Positions 13,740 to 26,548 are shown, counted from the first letter of the stretch. The stretch is DNA of 64,000 nt from Octopus sinensis (GCF_006345805.1 NC_043015.1:33914001-33978000), one strand, 5' to 3'. Numbers and translations: made by a program. Notes: generated from the sequence alone by a model not told the origin.

Positions 13740-14384
13740 ACGGCAAGAATAAGCCTAACATGGATAGATCGAGTTCTGAAGGAGGATCTCAGGAGCCACC
13801 ATTACAAGATGATCCACTGTTATGAGCTGATGCAAATTTATAAGGGTCACGAGACTGGAGAGATGTCATCTTAACCTGCATGAGATTGCTGATGGCACAC
13901 TGCTTGACCTGGTGTTAACTGATGAAAAGAAATTTGACATCGAACAGGCAGTAAACCACCAGAATCACTGACGACTTTGAAGTGTGTCTGTCTGTGTCAA
14001 GTGTAGACTTGTAAATTGACATCAAAGTTATGGTTTGGGTGGCTGTGACTGCCACTGGAAGGTCAACCCTCATTTTTCTGCCTTTGGGTGTTAAAATTCT
14101 GGAAGCAGAACTGCTTCGATGGGTGACTGACCATTTTCAAAGCACATCTTGGAGCCCCCTACAGGACTCAGCATGATCCGACAGCTCCAAACAGACACAA
14201 CACTGAATTCAGAAGAACATTTTGTCGTTCAAGAAGCCCTGATCTCAACCCGATCGAATAAATGTGGTACTTTCATAATTGTGTTTCCTTTACCATTGCA
14301 TTGCAATACTTGGACCTCAAATATAACAATATTTTGCTTTGGGAAAATTTTGAAAATATGGTTGCCTTAATTTTGGGACACCCT

Positions 14385-14386
<2 letters not shown>
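13740..14386 (+). mobile_element. Degenerate Tc1/mariner transposase, maT/DD37D-like
   Basis: Translates as TDEKKFDIEQAVNHQNH and KVMVWVAVTATGRSTLIFLPLGVK; ends in TIR-like ttttgggacaccctac. Confidence 0.7.
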
Positions 14387-14415
<29 letters not shown>

Positions 14416-15117
14416 ATTGATGAATGAAACAGAAGATAGATCTAGCACTAGTCTTTATTCAGTGCAACAGCTGTTTTGACCCATCCTACAACTGTCTGTT
14501 ATGGGTAGGATTCTGTGCATCTAATTATGTTGCACATCAATCTGTGCAGTTTGACTGCATGCCCTGACATCAAGCAAGATCTTTGTGTTTCTGCACCCAG
14601 ATGGACTGTCATTCCTCCCACACAAACGCATACTTACACCTTATCTAAAACTAATAAGCCACCTTGCGTAAATCTAGAGTTTTTCAAAAATAAAAATTTT
14701 TTTATTATAATTAAATCATTTATTGTATTAATAAAAATAGAAATTACTGAAAAATTGACTCTATTATAAGAAAAATTTATTAAATAATAATAGAATTGAT
14801 ATCTATTCATAAAAAAAATTTAATAGTCAATATTTCTGGTCTGTTTATCTTGTAGTTTTAGAATCTTTTAATCATATTTTCAGTATGATTGTTCAATAAT
14901 GTCAAATTTAATTCTTGTCATAATTCTCGTCATTTTCCTTGAACTGCCAGAAATAAAGATACTTTGTTTATAAAGGGTCAATAAATTCAGTTGTAATTTA
15001 AAGATTGTCATAAATTCATCTTTAACTTAAACATAAATCATAAATATGGCTCAAAGATGAGTCATACATTGAGCTTTAATCCAAGCATACCATCAAAATT
15101 TCAGCTTGACTTAAAGA

Positions 15118-15326
15118 TAGGTGCAGGAGTGGCTGTGTGGTAAGTAGCTTGCTTACGAACCACATGGTTCCAGGCTCAGTCCCACTGTGTGGCACCTTGG
15201 TCAAGTGTCTTCTAATATAGCCTTGGGCTGACCAAAGCCTAGTGAGTGGATTTGGTAGACGGAAACTGAAAGAAGCCTGTCGTATATATGTATATATATA
15301 TATATATATTATATATATATATATAT

Positions 15327-15382
<56 letters not shown>

Positions 15383-15610
15383 TTGTGTGCGTGTGTTTGT
15401 TTCTGTGTCTGTGTTCGTGCCCCCAACATTGCTTGACATCCGATGCTGGTGTGTTTATATCCCTGTAACTTAGCGGTTTGGCAAGAGACATCAATAGAAT
15501 AAGTACTAGGCTTACAAAGAACAAGTCCTGGGGTCGATTGGCTCGACTAAAGGCAGTGCTCCAGCATGGCCACAGTCAAATGACTGAAACAAGTAAAAGA
15601 GTAAAAGATG
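15118..15610 (+). mobile_element. Full-length CORE-type SINE with expanded internal (TA)n
   Basis: aggtgcaggagtggctgtgtggtaag...ccttggtcaagtgtcttc; (TA)n at 15282-15382; tail aacaagtaaaagagtaaaag. Confidence 0.9.
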
Positions 15611-16259
15611 TGTCACAAATTCATCCTCAGCTCAAATATATACTATAACTATAGCTTAGTATAAAAGATATATCAAAAATATATCAATAGAATTATGTCT
15701 GGTGACTGTCTGTACCAAAGTAAAGTTTCAATATCATGATTTTGAAGAAATTGGTATTAAATTTAGCAGTAAGAACATGAGCATTGTCACATAGGTATAC
15801 AATGATATGGATATGAGGTGGTGCGATTGGTATTGTGCCAAATGAGGAGGAAGGTGGAGATTAACTTGTAGAATTGGTATATAGCTTGTCTGGAGAGACA
15901 CAAAATACTGGAACTGATAGAATGCCAGAAAAAATGTGAACAATTTTGTCAGATCCAAATTCAACTTTCATTGAAGTTGACCTTGCTTTTCCTCATTCTG
16001 CAATTCATAAAAAACATAATACAGTGTTATTGTATATAATAAAATACAGTAATACTTAACTGGATTACATAAAATACAATTAAGTAATGGGGTCAGTTAC
16101 ATTGATGTATGTCATGCAAAAAATTAGGGGTCTTGTGCTAATGTAAGAAAGAAATATATACTGTAAGTTTGGATTGGATAAATTGTTTTATTAGAGAAAT
16201 AAATAGTTTTTCCTGTAATATTATGAAGTGACATCATCATTGTAGAGAATGTGTGAGGA

Positions 16260-16292
16260 ACCACCACTACCTGCACCACTACCTGCACCAAC

Positions 16293-16323
<31 letters not shown>

Positions 16324-16363
16324 CCACCACTACTTGCACCAACACCAGCACCACCACCACCAC
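16260..16363. repeat. (CAC)n imperfect microsatellite
   Basis: Visible directly; explains the poly-His and poly-Val ORFs. Confidence 0.95.
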
Positions 16364-16559
16364 TATTATTTTGAGATTATTAGCTCTGTCTTTACCCCAA
16401 CCCTGTGTTCTTTATCTCTACCACAATCCACTGTTCTTCCATTATCATATTCTCTGTGTCGCCCTGTCTTTGACCTGGAATAAACATTTTGCCCAATCAT
16501 TTTATTCCATTCTCATGACTGAAACAAACAGAAGATAAAAGACAAACGATATAACAGGA

Positions 16560-17140
16560 TTTTGTAAACATTGAATGGGTATGAGGGACCAGCTGAGTAA
16601 AATAAGAATCAGAGGAGTTCAAAGGTCAAAACGTTGAGAAACCCTGCCTGCAGGTGCAATTGCACCTGTGAGCACATTTTATTGCACCTGCAGGCTGATA
16701 TACTCAGATGTACAAAATAAAGTAAATTTTTCAATTATAAAATCTATACAACATTCATAGGTCGCATTTCCACAATGACTTAGAATGGTTAGACTCAAAC
16801 AGAAAATCGTCCGGTAATTGCCATTTGGATGGAAATTTTGTTTTCTCTATGAAACACATGTTGCTAGGTTTGTACCACCCCCTTGAGGCCCAATTACACC
16901 CTAGCTGAAAAAATAGAACACCTCAAAAGTAATACAAACGTTCTAAATTCAGTGGTGGCAATAAAGAAGATGTTACATGTTGATTTAATGTGTTAAACTT
17001 ATCTTTATTAATGTATATTGAATTATACATAGATATATACAAGATTTGCACGGATTAAAGAGTTAGAACTTGTGATCAGCCCACGGACCCTTTTCTTTGG
17101 AAATTTTTGCCCACTGCTCTAAAAAGTTTCCCCATCTCTG
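16560..17140. mobile_element. hAT-type non-autonomous (MITE) remnants
   Basis: hAT-like ends gttgagaaaccctg (~16645) and aagtttccccatctctg (~17140); subterminal palindrome gcctgcaggtgcaat...attgcacctgcaggc. Confidence 0.5.
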
Positions 17141-18160
17141 GTTTAGAACATAAATTTACATGAAGGTTTGATGGTAACTTCTAATTTAGATCACTAAAAA
17201 ATAGAAAGTTTGTCTTGTAGTATGAAATCTGTCTCAGGCAGGTCGAAGTCAAAAGGGTTAATAAAAAAAAAATTCCGTCTAGAAAAGTCATAACAAATTT
17301 ATGGATGTTATCCCTTTGTCTTAGACAAATGATTTCAAAAAGAAATATGTGCAATAGGTGTATATATAAATGTGATTAGTGTCAGTAAATCCCCCAGTTA
17401 GATTCCAGATAAGTCTAGAAACATTGAAACAATAACAGAGATTTGAAATAAATAAGAGCAGAAAGCAAGAACCTTTGTAGATAAGAGATTTCCTCAGATT
17501 CTCACAGAGTTTTGTTAGTCAATTTTTTGAAATTCTTCAGAAATCAATAATTTGGTCAATAAAAAAAAACAAAAATCAGATTGGTTTTTTTTTCTTATAG
17601 CTTCGTAATCTTTTAAATCTGAAGATTTAATTCAAGTGTTGTTTATATTTCATGTTTAAGTGAATTAGTTCAGTGAACAGGTTTGGTAGAGATTTCGAGC
17701 GTATTTTTGGTAAAGCATTCTTTCAATTATTTCATTCAACTTTATTATGTCTTTGATGAAATCTTGCATGAAGAGAAAGTATAAAAGATAGAAGTTATGC
17801 TAGATTTATGGCACTATATCAGATGATAATATGGTAAGGGATATACAGGAAGTATGTATAAATATAGATGATGATGATGACACACACACACATGTATGTA
17901 CATGTGTTTATGTATAAATGCATATATATATGTGTATGAGAATGTATGTATGTGTATGTTTATGTGTAGCTGCTTTATAATGGTATCATATTGTGCATCT
18001 CAATATATGTAAATATTTACTCCTCTCCACTTCCACACACATACATATATACATAAATATATACACATATTTATATATATGTATATACACTCACAAAACA
18101 GGTTATTCATATCACTATTCCTCAGTGAAATCATAAAATATATTCATGGCTACAAGCCTA

Positions 18161-18206
<46 letters not shown>

Positions 18207-18207
<1 letters not shown>

Positions 18208-19553
18208 CATCATCATCATCATCATCATCGTTTAACGTCCGCTTTCCATGCTAGCATGGGTTGGACGGTTCAACTGGGGTCTGGGAAGCCCGAAGGCTGC
18301 ACCAGGCCAGTCAGATGTGGTAGTGTTTCTACAGCTGGATGCCCTTCCTAACGCCAACCACTCCGAGAGTGAGTGGGTGATTTTATGTGCCACCGACACA
18401 GGTGCCAGACGAGCTGGCAGACGGCCACGCTCGGATGGTGTTTTTTATGTGCCACCGACACAGGTGCCAGACGAGGCTGGCAGACGACCACGCTCGGATG
18501 GTGTTTTTTTTATGTGCCACCGACACAGGTGCCAGACGAGGCTGGCAGACGGCCACGCTCGGATGGTGTTTTTTATGTGCCACCGACACAGGTGCCAGAC
18601 GAGGCTGGCAGACGGCCGCGCTCGGATGGTGTTTTCTTATGTGTCACCGACACAGGTGCTAGACGAGGCTGGCGGACGGCCACACTCGGATGGTGTTTGT
18701 TACGTGCCCTCAGCACGGAGCCAGTCATTGCGGTACTGGCTACGGTCACGTTCGGATGGTTTTCTTATGTGCCACCGGCACTGGTACCACAAGGATACAA
18801 ATTCCATGATGTTCATCTATTTTGATTGGTCGATTTGATTTGATACGATTCGATTCTCACTTGCCTCAACAGGTCTTCACAAGTGTCACAAGAAGGAAGG
18901 TATGCACAGGTGGACTGACTACGTCCCAGGTAGGGGCCACGGATTATGGCTTCACTAGTCTTGCCGGTCTTCTCACGCACAGCATACTTCCATAGGTCTC
19001 GGTCTCTAGTCATTTCCATGGTGAGACCTAACGTCCGAAGGTCGTGCTTCACCACCTCGTCCCAGGTTTTCCTGGGTCTACCTCTTCCACGGGTTCCCTC
19101 AACTGCTAGGGATTGGCACTTTCTCACACACCTCTCTTCATCCATTCTCGCCACATGACCATACCAGCGCAATCGTCTCTCTTGCACACAACAACTGATG
19201 CTTCTTAGGTACAACATTTCTCTCAAGGTACTAACGCTCTGTCGAGTAAGTACACTGACATTACACATCCATCGGAGCATACTGGCTTCGTTCCTCACGA
19301 GCTTACGCATGTCCTCAGCTGTCACGGCCCATGTTTCACTGCCATGTAGCATAGCTGTTCGTACACATGCATCATACAGTCTGCCTTTTACTCTGAGCGA
19401 GAGGCCTTTAGTCACCAGCAGAGGTAGAGCTCCCTAAACTTTGCCCAGGCTATTCTTATTCTAGCAGTTACACTTTCAGCGCACCCACCCCCACTACTGA
19501 CTTGGTCACCTAGATAGCGGAAACTATCAACTACTTCTAGTTGTTCCCCCCGA
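18207..19553 (-). mobile_element. 5'-truncated RTE-clade LINE: RT C-terminus, 3' UTR and (GAT)n tail
   Basis: ORF 18813-19415 contains YDACVRTAMLHGSETW, MLRWMC, RRLRWYGHVARM and GRGRPRKTW, typical of RTE ORF2; frameshift near 19430; both ends lie in (TA)n. Confidence 0.95.
18376..18787 (-). repeat. Seven tandem 61-66-bp units inside the RTE 3' UTR
   Basis: Unit starts at 18376, 18437, 18500, 18565, 18628, 18692 and 18758. Confidence 0.95.
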
Positions 19554-19570
19554 AATATATACACATATAT

Positions 19571-19770
19571 AGGGAGAATTCACAAAAAAGCCAAAGATGA
19601 AGACAGGTGATGTAGACAACAAACAGATGTATTATTTCAATGCTCAGGAAGTGAAAAAGTCTTTAATGTTTCAAGCCTACGCTCTTCCTCAGAAAGGAAC
19701 ACAGAAAGAAACAAGGAGAGAAAATAAAGAATATGTAGTGGCTAGCAATCTATCGTGGCAAATGCCGATA
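19571..19770 (-). mobile_element. Penelope-like pLTR remnant with minimal hammerhead (19661-19696)
   Basis: Minus strand cttt-CTGAGGA-a-gagc-gtag-gctt-GAAAC-att-aaag; second copy at 20863-21052. Confidence 0.7.
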
Positions 19771-20862
19771 TTGTAGACTGAGATTAGTTTCTGTTATTAT
19801 TGAGAATTCTGTGAGTGTCACAGTTTTAAAAACTGATTTCTCAGTCTTAAAGCAAGGTATTTATAATAAAATGGTATGCATGGATGGCCACTGAAAAATA
19901 TATATAAAAAATAGTAAAAATAATATACATATATATAATATTTTTTAATAAATATTTTCCAGTGGTCATCCATGCATACATAAATATTCTCCTCCTTCTC
20001 ATCATCATGCTGACAAGAACAGATGAGCCAGAGGGTTCCACCAGTTTCTATGCCTGCTTTGGCCATAGTTTCTACTGCCGGATGCCCTTCCTAACACCAG
20101 CCACTTAACAGAGTGTATTTGGATACTTTTTACCTGATATCAATAGCAGTGAAGTTGATAAGTACCTGCAAGATAAGACCCCTCAACTGAGAGTGGCATA
20201 CAGACTGGAGAAGAAAAAAAATACTATGGTATAATACATATATATACTTTTATACATGACCATATATCATATACATATATTTACACACACACACATATAT
20301 ACATACATGCATATATATATACATATATATATATACATACATATGCATGCATACATATACAGAGGCAAATTGCAAATGACTGAGATGTTTGGCAATATGC
20401 TGTGCTTGAGAATGGAGATCCATCAAGCTGAGTGAAATCGTAATCGTGGCAGATATTGGTGTCATACAACTGGCACATAAAAGCACCCCCATTACACTCT
20501 CAGAGTGATTGGCATTAGGAAGGGCAGCCTCTTCTTGACCAGCGGAGGCATTGTGGATGGACGTCAGGGAATTCACTTTCGAGTTGGTCAGATACAGGGG
20601 AAGGGCAGGATCAGCAGAGAGATTACTACTAGAGAGGCAAAGACGTGAGAGGAAGGTAGGAAAACCTCTTTTCATTTCCCATGCACAACACATATGTACA
20701 TATTTATATATATATGTACACACACACACACACACATATATACATACAAACACATATATACATACATTCAGATATATATATACAAATACATACATATCTA
20801 TACATACATTCAGATATATATATACAAATACATACATATCTATACATATGCATATATATATA

Positions 20863-21050
20863 TAGGGAAAGTTTATGAAAAAAACAAAAGACGAAGACAG
20901 GTGGAGTACAAAACAAACAGATGTATTAGTATAACGCTCAGGAATAGAAAAAGTCTTTTACGTTTCGAGCCTACGCTCTTCTACAGAAAGGGACACAGAA
21001 AAAACAAGGAGAGAAAAAAATGTGTGTAGTGGCTAACGATCTATTATGGC

Positions 21051-21052
<2 letters not shown>
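20863..21052 (-). mobile_element. Penelope-like pLTR remnant with minimal hammerhead variant (20955-20990)
   Basis: Minus strand cttt-CTGTAGA-a-gagc-gtag-gctc-GAAAC-GTA-aaag; embedded in (TA)n. Confidence 0.7.
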
Positions 21053-21086
<34 letters not shown>

Positions 21087-21173
21087 TGGATGGATGGATG
21101 GATGGATGGATAGATAGATAGATATAGATAGATATAGATATAGATAGATAGATAGATATAGATAGATATAGAT

Positions 21174-21219
<46 letters not shown>

Positions 21220-21227
21220 TAGATATA
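21053..21227. repeat. Compound (TA)n/(GATG)n/(GATA)n/(GATATA)n microsatellite
   Basis: Visible directly. Confidence 0.95.
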
Positions 21228-21393
21228 GTTGGTAATTATATTTTACGATTCTGTACTGCTAATGTTTACCTCTCACCCAGAGATTTAATATTGCTTATTT
21301 CTCCTTTTTTGAGATCAGCGACAGTTTGTCACTGGAAAAAGCATAATTGCCACATCTAGTTGGCAATTATATTTAATGACTATATACACACAC

Positions 21394-22261
21394 ACAGAGT
21401 CTGATGAATAAATATCCAGACTGTTGCCATAATAACGAAGCTAAAGCACGCAGAGTGAACTCTGCTGGACATGTGTACTAAATTTTAAAAGTCCAGCTTG
21501 CTTCCACAGTTTACAGAAGTGCTTGGAAGGAAAGTGTGTAGGGAGTGACCTTTATATTGACCATGACAGGGAAGGTTGAGCAGAGAATCTGCAACAAATT
21601 TTGCCGAAAGCTTGGTGATCCCTGCTCAGGGGCCTACACAAAGTTTTCAAAAAGTTTTCATCGTTCTCGACACAATCAAGATCTTGTAAGACTGAAACCT
21701 GAGTGTCTTTTTGGTCAGCTGAAAACAGTTTTGGTGCAAACTGGGCAGACATGTGTCTCATACCCAAATCTTCAGTGAGAATGGACTGAACTGAATTGTA
21801 ACTAATCTGCACATTCTCTGACAACTCATGGATGGTGATTTCACGATTTCCCCTCACAGCTGCACACACATCTGTGATGTTTTTCTCAGTTCTGCTGGTT
21901 GTGCGTCTCCAAGAACGTTCGTCACTATCAACACTTTTTGGGCCATCTTGGAAAAGTCTGAACCCCTCATACACTTGTGTGCTGCTCATACACTCCTCTC
22001 CATACACTTTCTGAAACTTTGTGTAGGCCTCTGAGCAGGTATCGCCATGACAACTTTCTTTGTCATGGTCAATGCGACAATCACACCCTACACATGTTCC
22101 TTCCAAGCACTGCTGTGAATAGTGGAAGTGAAGTAGAATATTAAAATTTACTGCACATGCACAGCAGAGTTCAAGGTCAATTTGCACCAAATGGCTTCAC
22201 CCTGCATGCTTTAGTTTCATTAGTATGGCAACAGTCCGGGTACTTATTGATCAGACTTTAT
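21394..22261 (-). mobile_element. Defective fold-back mariner element (N-terminal HTH region only)
   Basis: ORF has VYGEECMSSTQVYE, DERSWR, ITIHELSENVQIS and LGMRHMSAQFAPKLFS (WVPxxL equivalent); TIRs agtctgatgaataaatatccagactgttgccat and atggcaacagtccgggtacttattgatcagact. Confidence 0.9.
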
Positions 22262-22379
22262 ACTTAAATACATACATGAACGTGACATAAAAATAATTCA
22301 TTTCAAAATATAAGAAAAAATATATGCACACAACAAACACACACACATATACACAAGTGCACATAACACAAGTATAAGC

Positions 22380-23260
22380 ATTTCTAAGATGCTCGGGAAA
22401 GAGGCACTACAAGCTTTGATGACTGGCCTGAGGACCAGTGATGACTGGCATCAGTGTTCGAAACACATACTGTGGTCATCCACATGAGCAGATGATATTA
22501 ACCAGGCACCAATGGGTGAATAACTTCCATGATGACGGCACTAACCAAGGTAGGAGTTTCTAGGTTGAACTCTAATGGCCTTTATGACCAGGATGGAATC
22601 ATTCAGCTGTGGTCAACTCTAGAGAGAAATTGGCACTGACAAGTTCTGTGCCCAGTGATAATAAGGATCAGAGAAAAAAGTAACTCTATAAGGGATGGCT
22701 CACAGCCTGGGTTTAATAGTGACTGCATCATGTGGATGTGCAACTAGGTGTGCAACTAGTGATCTGACAAATAAGATACATGGTAGAGAGAACCAGGGCT
22801 GGCGCTAGGGTTGCTGTGACCCCAAGCAAGCTGAACTTTGGCATGTATGAGCTGACACTCGTGGTTATTTCTTTGTCTTTGTCACACCCTCCTTGGCATC
22901 CCCTAGCACATAGCAGTACCTTGAGCTGACCTTAGAGAAACAATCACGTTTGTCACTGTGGGGATGAGCAAGAAGAAGAGGGCCATGATGTCAATGGTGA
23001 AGGGGCTGAACGGAAGAGGAAGCACGAGAATGGAAGTGTGGGGGGACAGGACAGGGTCACTCTCTTTTAGCCAGCTGAGGCATTGCAAACAGATGTAAGA
23101 GAATTCGCTCTGGGGTTGGTGAGATAGTAGCTGCTTATACTGGGTGACAGGGTAGGGCAGGATCGCCGGAGTGACTGCTACTGGATGGGTGCAGATGAGA
23201 GAGGAAGGTAGGTGAACCTCTTTTCATTTCCCATACACAACAGTCACATGGGATATGAAA
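22380..23260. mobile_element. Unclassified degenerate interspersed repeat, probably a retroelement
   Basis: 23100-23240 closely resembles 20567-20690 (gaggaaggtagg..aacctcttttcatttcccat.cacaaca); more GC-rich than flanks. Confidence 0.4.
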
Positions 23261-25230
23261 GCCCTTGATTGAAATAGGAAGCTAAAAGAACTTAAAAACA
23301 GGCACTTGCTCAGGATCTGTGGAACTTGATGGAAGAACCCTGGAAAAACACAGACTAAGGAAGAATATGGCCTCTACTTTAGTGGAAATGATAATTACTG
23401 TGCAAAAGGTGATTTCTAATTAACAAATCTACCAAGAACTAGTGTACCAGATGCCATCTAATATCAAGCAAGAGCCTAACCGTTTTCTTGCAGTTGAAGT
23501 CCTTCAACATTATCATGACACAAGTTTGCATCCTAACAACAGACTGGTTTTATGAATGCAATGAAGAACTCTATAAATAGCTTCAAGATGTCATCAACAG
23601 GACAACACACACACACACACACATATACATTTATATGTATGGACATTTACACAAATGAACACATTAACCATTATTCTTATACTCTTTCTACTTTGTTTCT
23701 GAAGGCAGACGTTTGTCTAATTTTTCTCAAGTTTCCACACACTTTTCTCTCCCCTCTCCTCTTTCTCTCCCCTCTTATCAAGATCTTGCACTTATCCCCT
23801 TTTCCACCAATGTCACCGTTATCTCTCCCACCATGCTGTTTGTGAAATGAGGGATGGCAGTGCATTGGAGCTGTCCATACACAATCTCCTCTTACTATCA
23901 CTCTTCTGCTAGACATCCCCATCTCTTACCCTATTACTCCCTCTCTCTCATTCATTGTTAATATCCATTATGCCCAGTTTTTTACCATCACCCTTCCTCA
24001 TTGTTATCCATCACTTTCTCTCTCTCTTCCATTACACACAAACCATCTCACTTTCAATTTTCTCTTTTCCATCACCCTGGCTCCTTCATATCATATTCTC
24101 TCTTCACTTTTACATCACTCATGTTTCTACTCAATTTTCTTTCCAACAGTAATGCAACTGTCCATCACACACACACACTCCCTTCACTCTCTCCTCAGCT
24201 CACTGCTGTGACTCTGGTTGTCTCCCTTTATTCTCTCTTCAATCAATCTTTCTGTCATGTGTTTTTTATTCAATCTCCCAACCAATAACAATAGTATAAC
24301 TGTTTATCTCACATGCACACACTCCCTCTCTCTCTTCCTCTTTACTCTCTCCGGTATTACCCTCTCACCCAGATCACTCTTTTCTTTCATCACACTTTCT
24401 TCTGTTACCCTCTCAGACATGTTGTTTCTATCCAATTTCCTTACCAATAACCATTATGTAATTGTCTCTCACTCATTCCTTCCTTTCTTCCACTCTCTCT
24501 TTCTATTCCATTACTCTCTCTTCTATCTCATTCTCTTACTGTTTATGGTTCCTATATTGTGAGGGAAAGAACACAACATATTTACAGATACAATACAGGG
24601 AAGAGAGTATTTTTGATGTAATTAAGATGCTCCTCTGGCTATGGCAAAAGAACAGACGATACAGAGCAGAGAGGACTGTTTAGTCTTGTTGGGGACAAAA
24701 CATAGCATATATATATATGTGTGTGTGTGTGTGTATGTGTGTGTGTGTGTATGCATACACACACAACAAATTTCTGCAAAGTTACAAGGTATTGGTCAGT
24801 GTGAGGGTATGGAAGAAGACACTTTACCCAACATGCCACATAGTGAAACTGAACTCAGGTCACATGGTTCTGAGATAAATTTCTTAACTAGAGGCCATAG
24901 TTACATCATGGATGCAGCCTGCAACAAAATAAAGATTCCTTACATTAACGTAACACATCCATATTTGAAGGGCAAGGCAAACAGAGATTGAATTGACTCC
25001 AATACATGAATGATACTTATCATATCCCAATGGCTGAAAGATAATGTCAACATCAATGGAATTTAATTAATAGGTAAGAATTAGCTATTCTGGGATAATT
25101 AATGTTGTGATCAGAAAACCCTGGGTGGCTGTATTTAACAAGGTTTGTAGGTTTTATTATAAAATCATCTTTATCTTCTTAACTGATCGAGTGCTATAAC
25201 AAGGGATGCTGATAAGGAAGAAGACAAGAA

Positions 25231-25312
<82 letters not shown>

Positions 25313-25319
25313 TATATAT

Positions 25320-25570
25320 AAGGTCAGTCATGAATGACCAAGGGATTGCACCTAGAAAGTTCCCCTCTGCACACCACTGATATCATCCAAGGGAAAGGCA
25401 AAGGCCAGCTTTGTACCAGTGATGTTGCAACTCATTTCTACAGCTGAGTTAACAGGAGCAATGTAAAATAAAGTGTCTTGCTCAAGAACACAACACAACA
25501 GCCTGGTCCAACTTACTACCTCGCAATTGTGAGCCCAACACTATAACCACTGAACCATGTGCCTTCACAT
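25320..25570 (-). mobile_element. tRNA SINE, same family as 10545-10846
   Basis: Shared cacctagaaagtt, caactcatttctacagctgagt and aaataaagtgtcttgctcaagaacacaac. Confidence 0.8.
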
Positions 25571-25590
25571 TCTTTCTCTCTCACTGTGTT

Positions 25591-25622
<32 letters not shown>

Positions 25623-26139
25623 CATACATACGTATATAATGCGCTAAGGTTTCAAAAATTAGAATATCTGTAGATCAGCTAAGAGAATAAAGATGATGAT
25701 ACAATAAAATCCACAAGTCTTGTTAAATACAGCTACCCAGAGTTTCCTGGTCAGAGCATTGATTTATTTCACCATTTCTCAAGCTGAGAACACCACTTTT
25801 CTGAATGTCTGCATTTTAAGAACTACATCATGGCAGCATTTAAAAATAGGCTACCAGACACGCAGTAAATCATCAATATCTTGTTTACATCTTTTTGATG
25901 CTGGTTTGCTGTAAAGTTAGTTATCTCCCCTGGTGTTTTCCTTTGTGTCGTCTTCTCTATCAGCATCCCTTGTTTAAATGTCATCTGCTTAAGAAAGCAA
26001 CTAACAAATGATCTCGCTCTCAGCTTGAGAAATGCTGAAATAAATTAACATTTTTGTCATAGCTCTATTTAACAAGATTTGTGTTTTTTATTATAAAATT
26101 ATATATATATATATATATATATACACATACATATATATT

Positions 26140-26548
26140 AACAAAGTTAAGGCAAAAAAAAACTTCTTGAGAAACCGAATAGTCTTTCCTTCCTTCATGC
26201 CAAGTTTGAAGAAAATATCTCTTTTGCACCTTACTTTTTTGGTCTCTTAAATATACTGCATTTTGTGGCATTATTTCAAGCCAGCTGGCTTTTTTTGCGC
26301 AAACTGCACATGCATTTTTCTTGCATACAAGTAGTATCAATCACAACAGCTGATGTACTTGCGCATACAAATGCACATTTCCACGGTTTTATCGATTACA
26401 TTCTCACCTGGAATCGATTTTTGTAATTTTTTCAAGACTTATACACGCCCTGACACCATCTGTATCTACATATCAAATTTGAGCGCAATCAGATGGAGGA
26501 TGCCCAAGATCCTAAAAGACACACAGAATGGATTTTATATAATAGATG
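26140..26548 (+). mobile_element. Probable non-autonomous Helitron/Helentron-type element
   Basis: Ends caaatttgagcgcaatcagatg...ttttatataatagat, resembling DINE/HINE-type ends; inserted in (TA)n. Confidence 0.4.

Noticed and set aside
18376-18787. CRISPR-like array
   Set aside because: Units are near-identical tandem copies without unique spacers, lie in a LINE 3' UTR in a eukaryote, and have no cas genes nearby
18376-18787. Pistol or twister ribozyme
   Set aside because: Stem plus UAAA linker superficially recalls pistol P1, but the pseudoknot partner follows immediately and the other conserved elements were not found
18248-18838. 196-aa and 150-aa repetitive ORFs
   Set aside because: Antisense translation of the tandem UTR array
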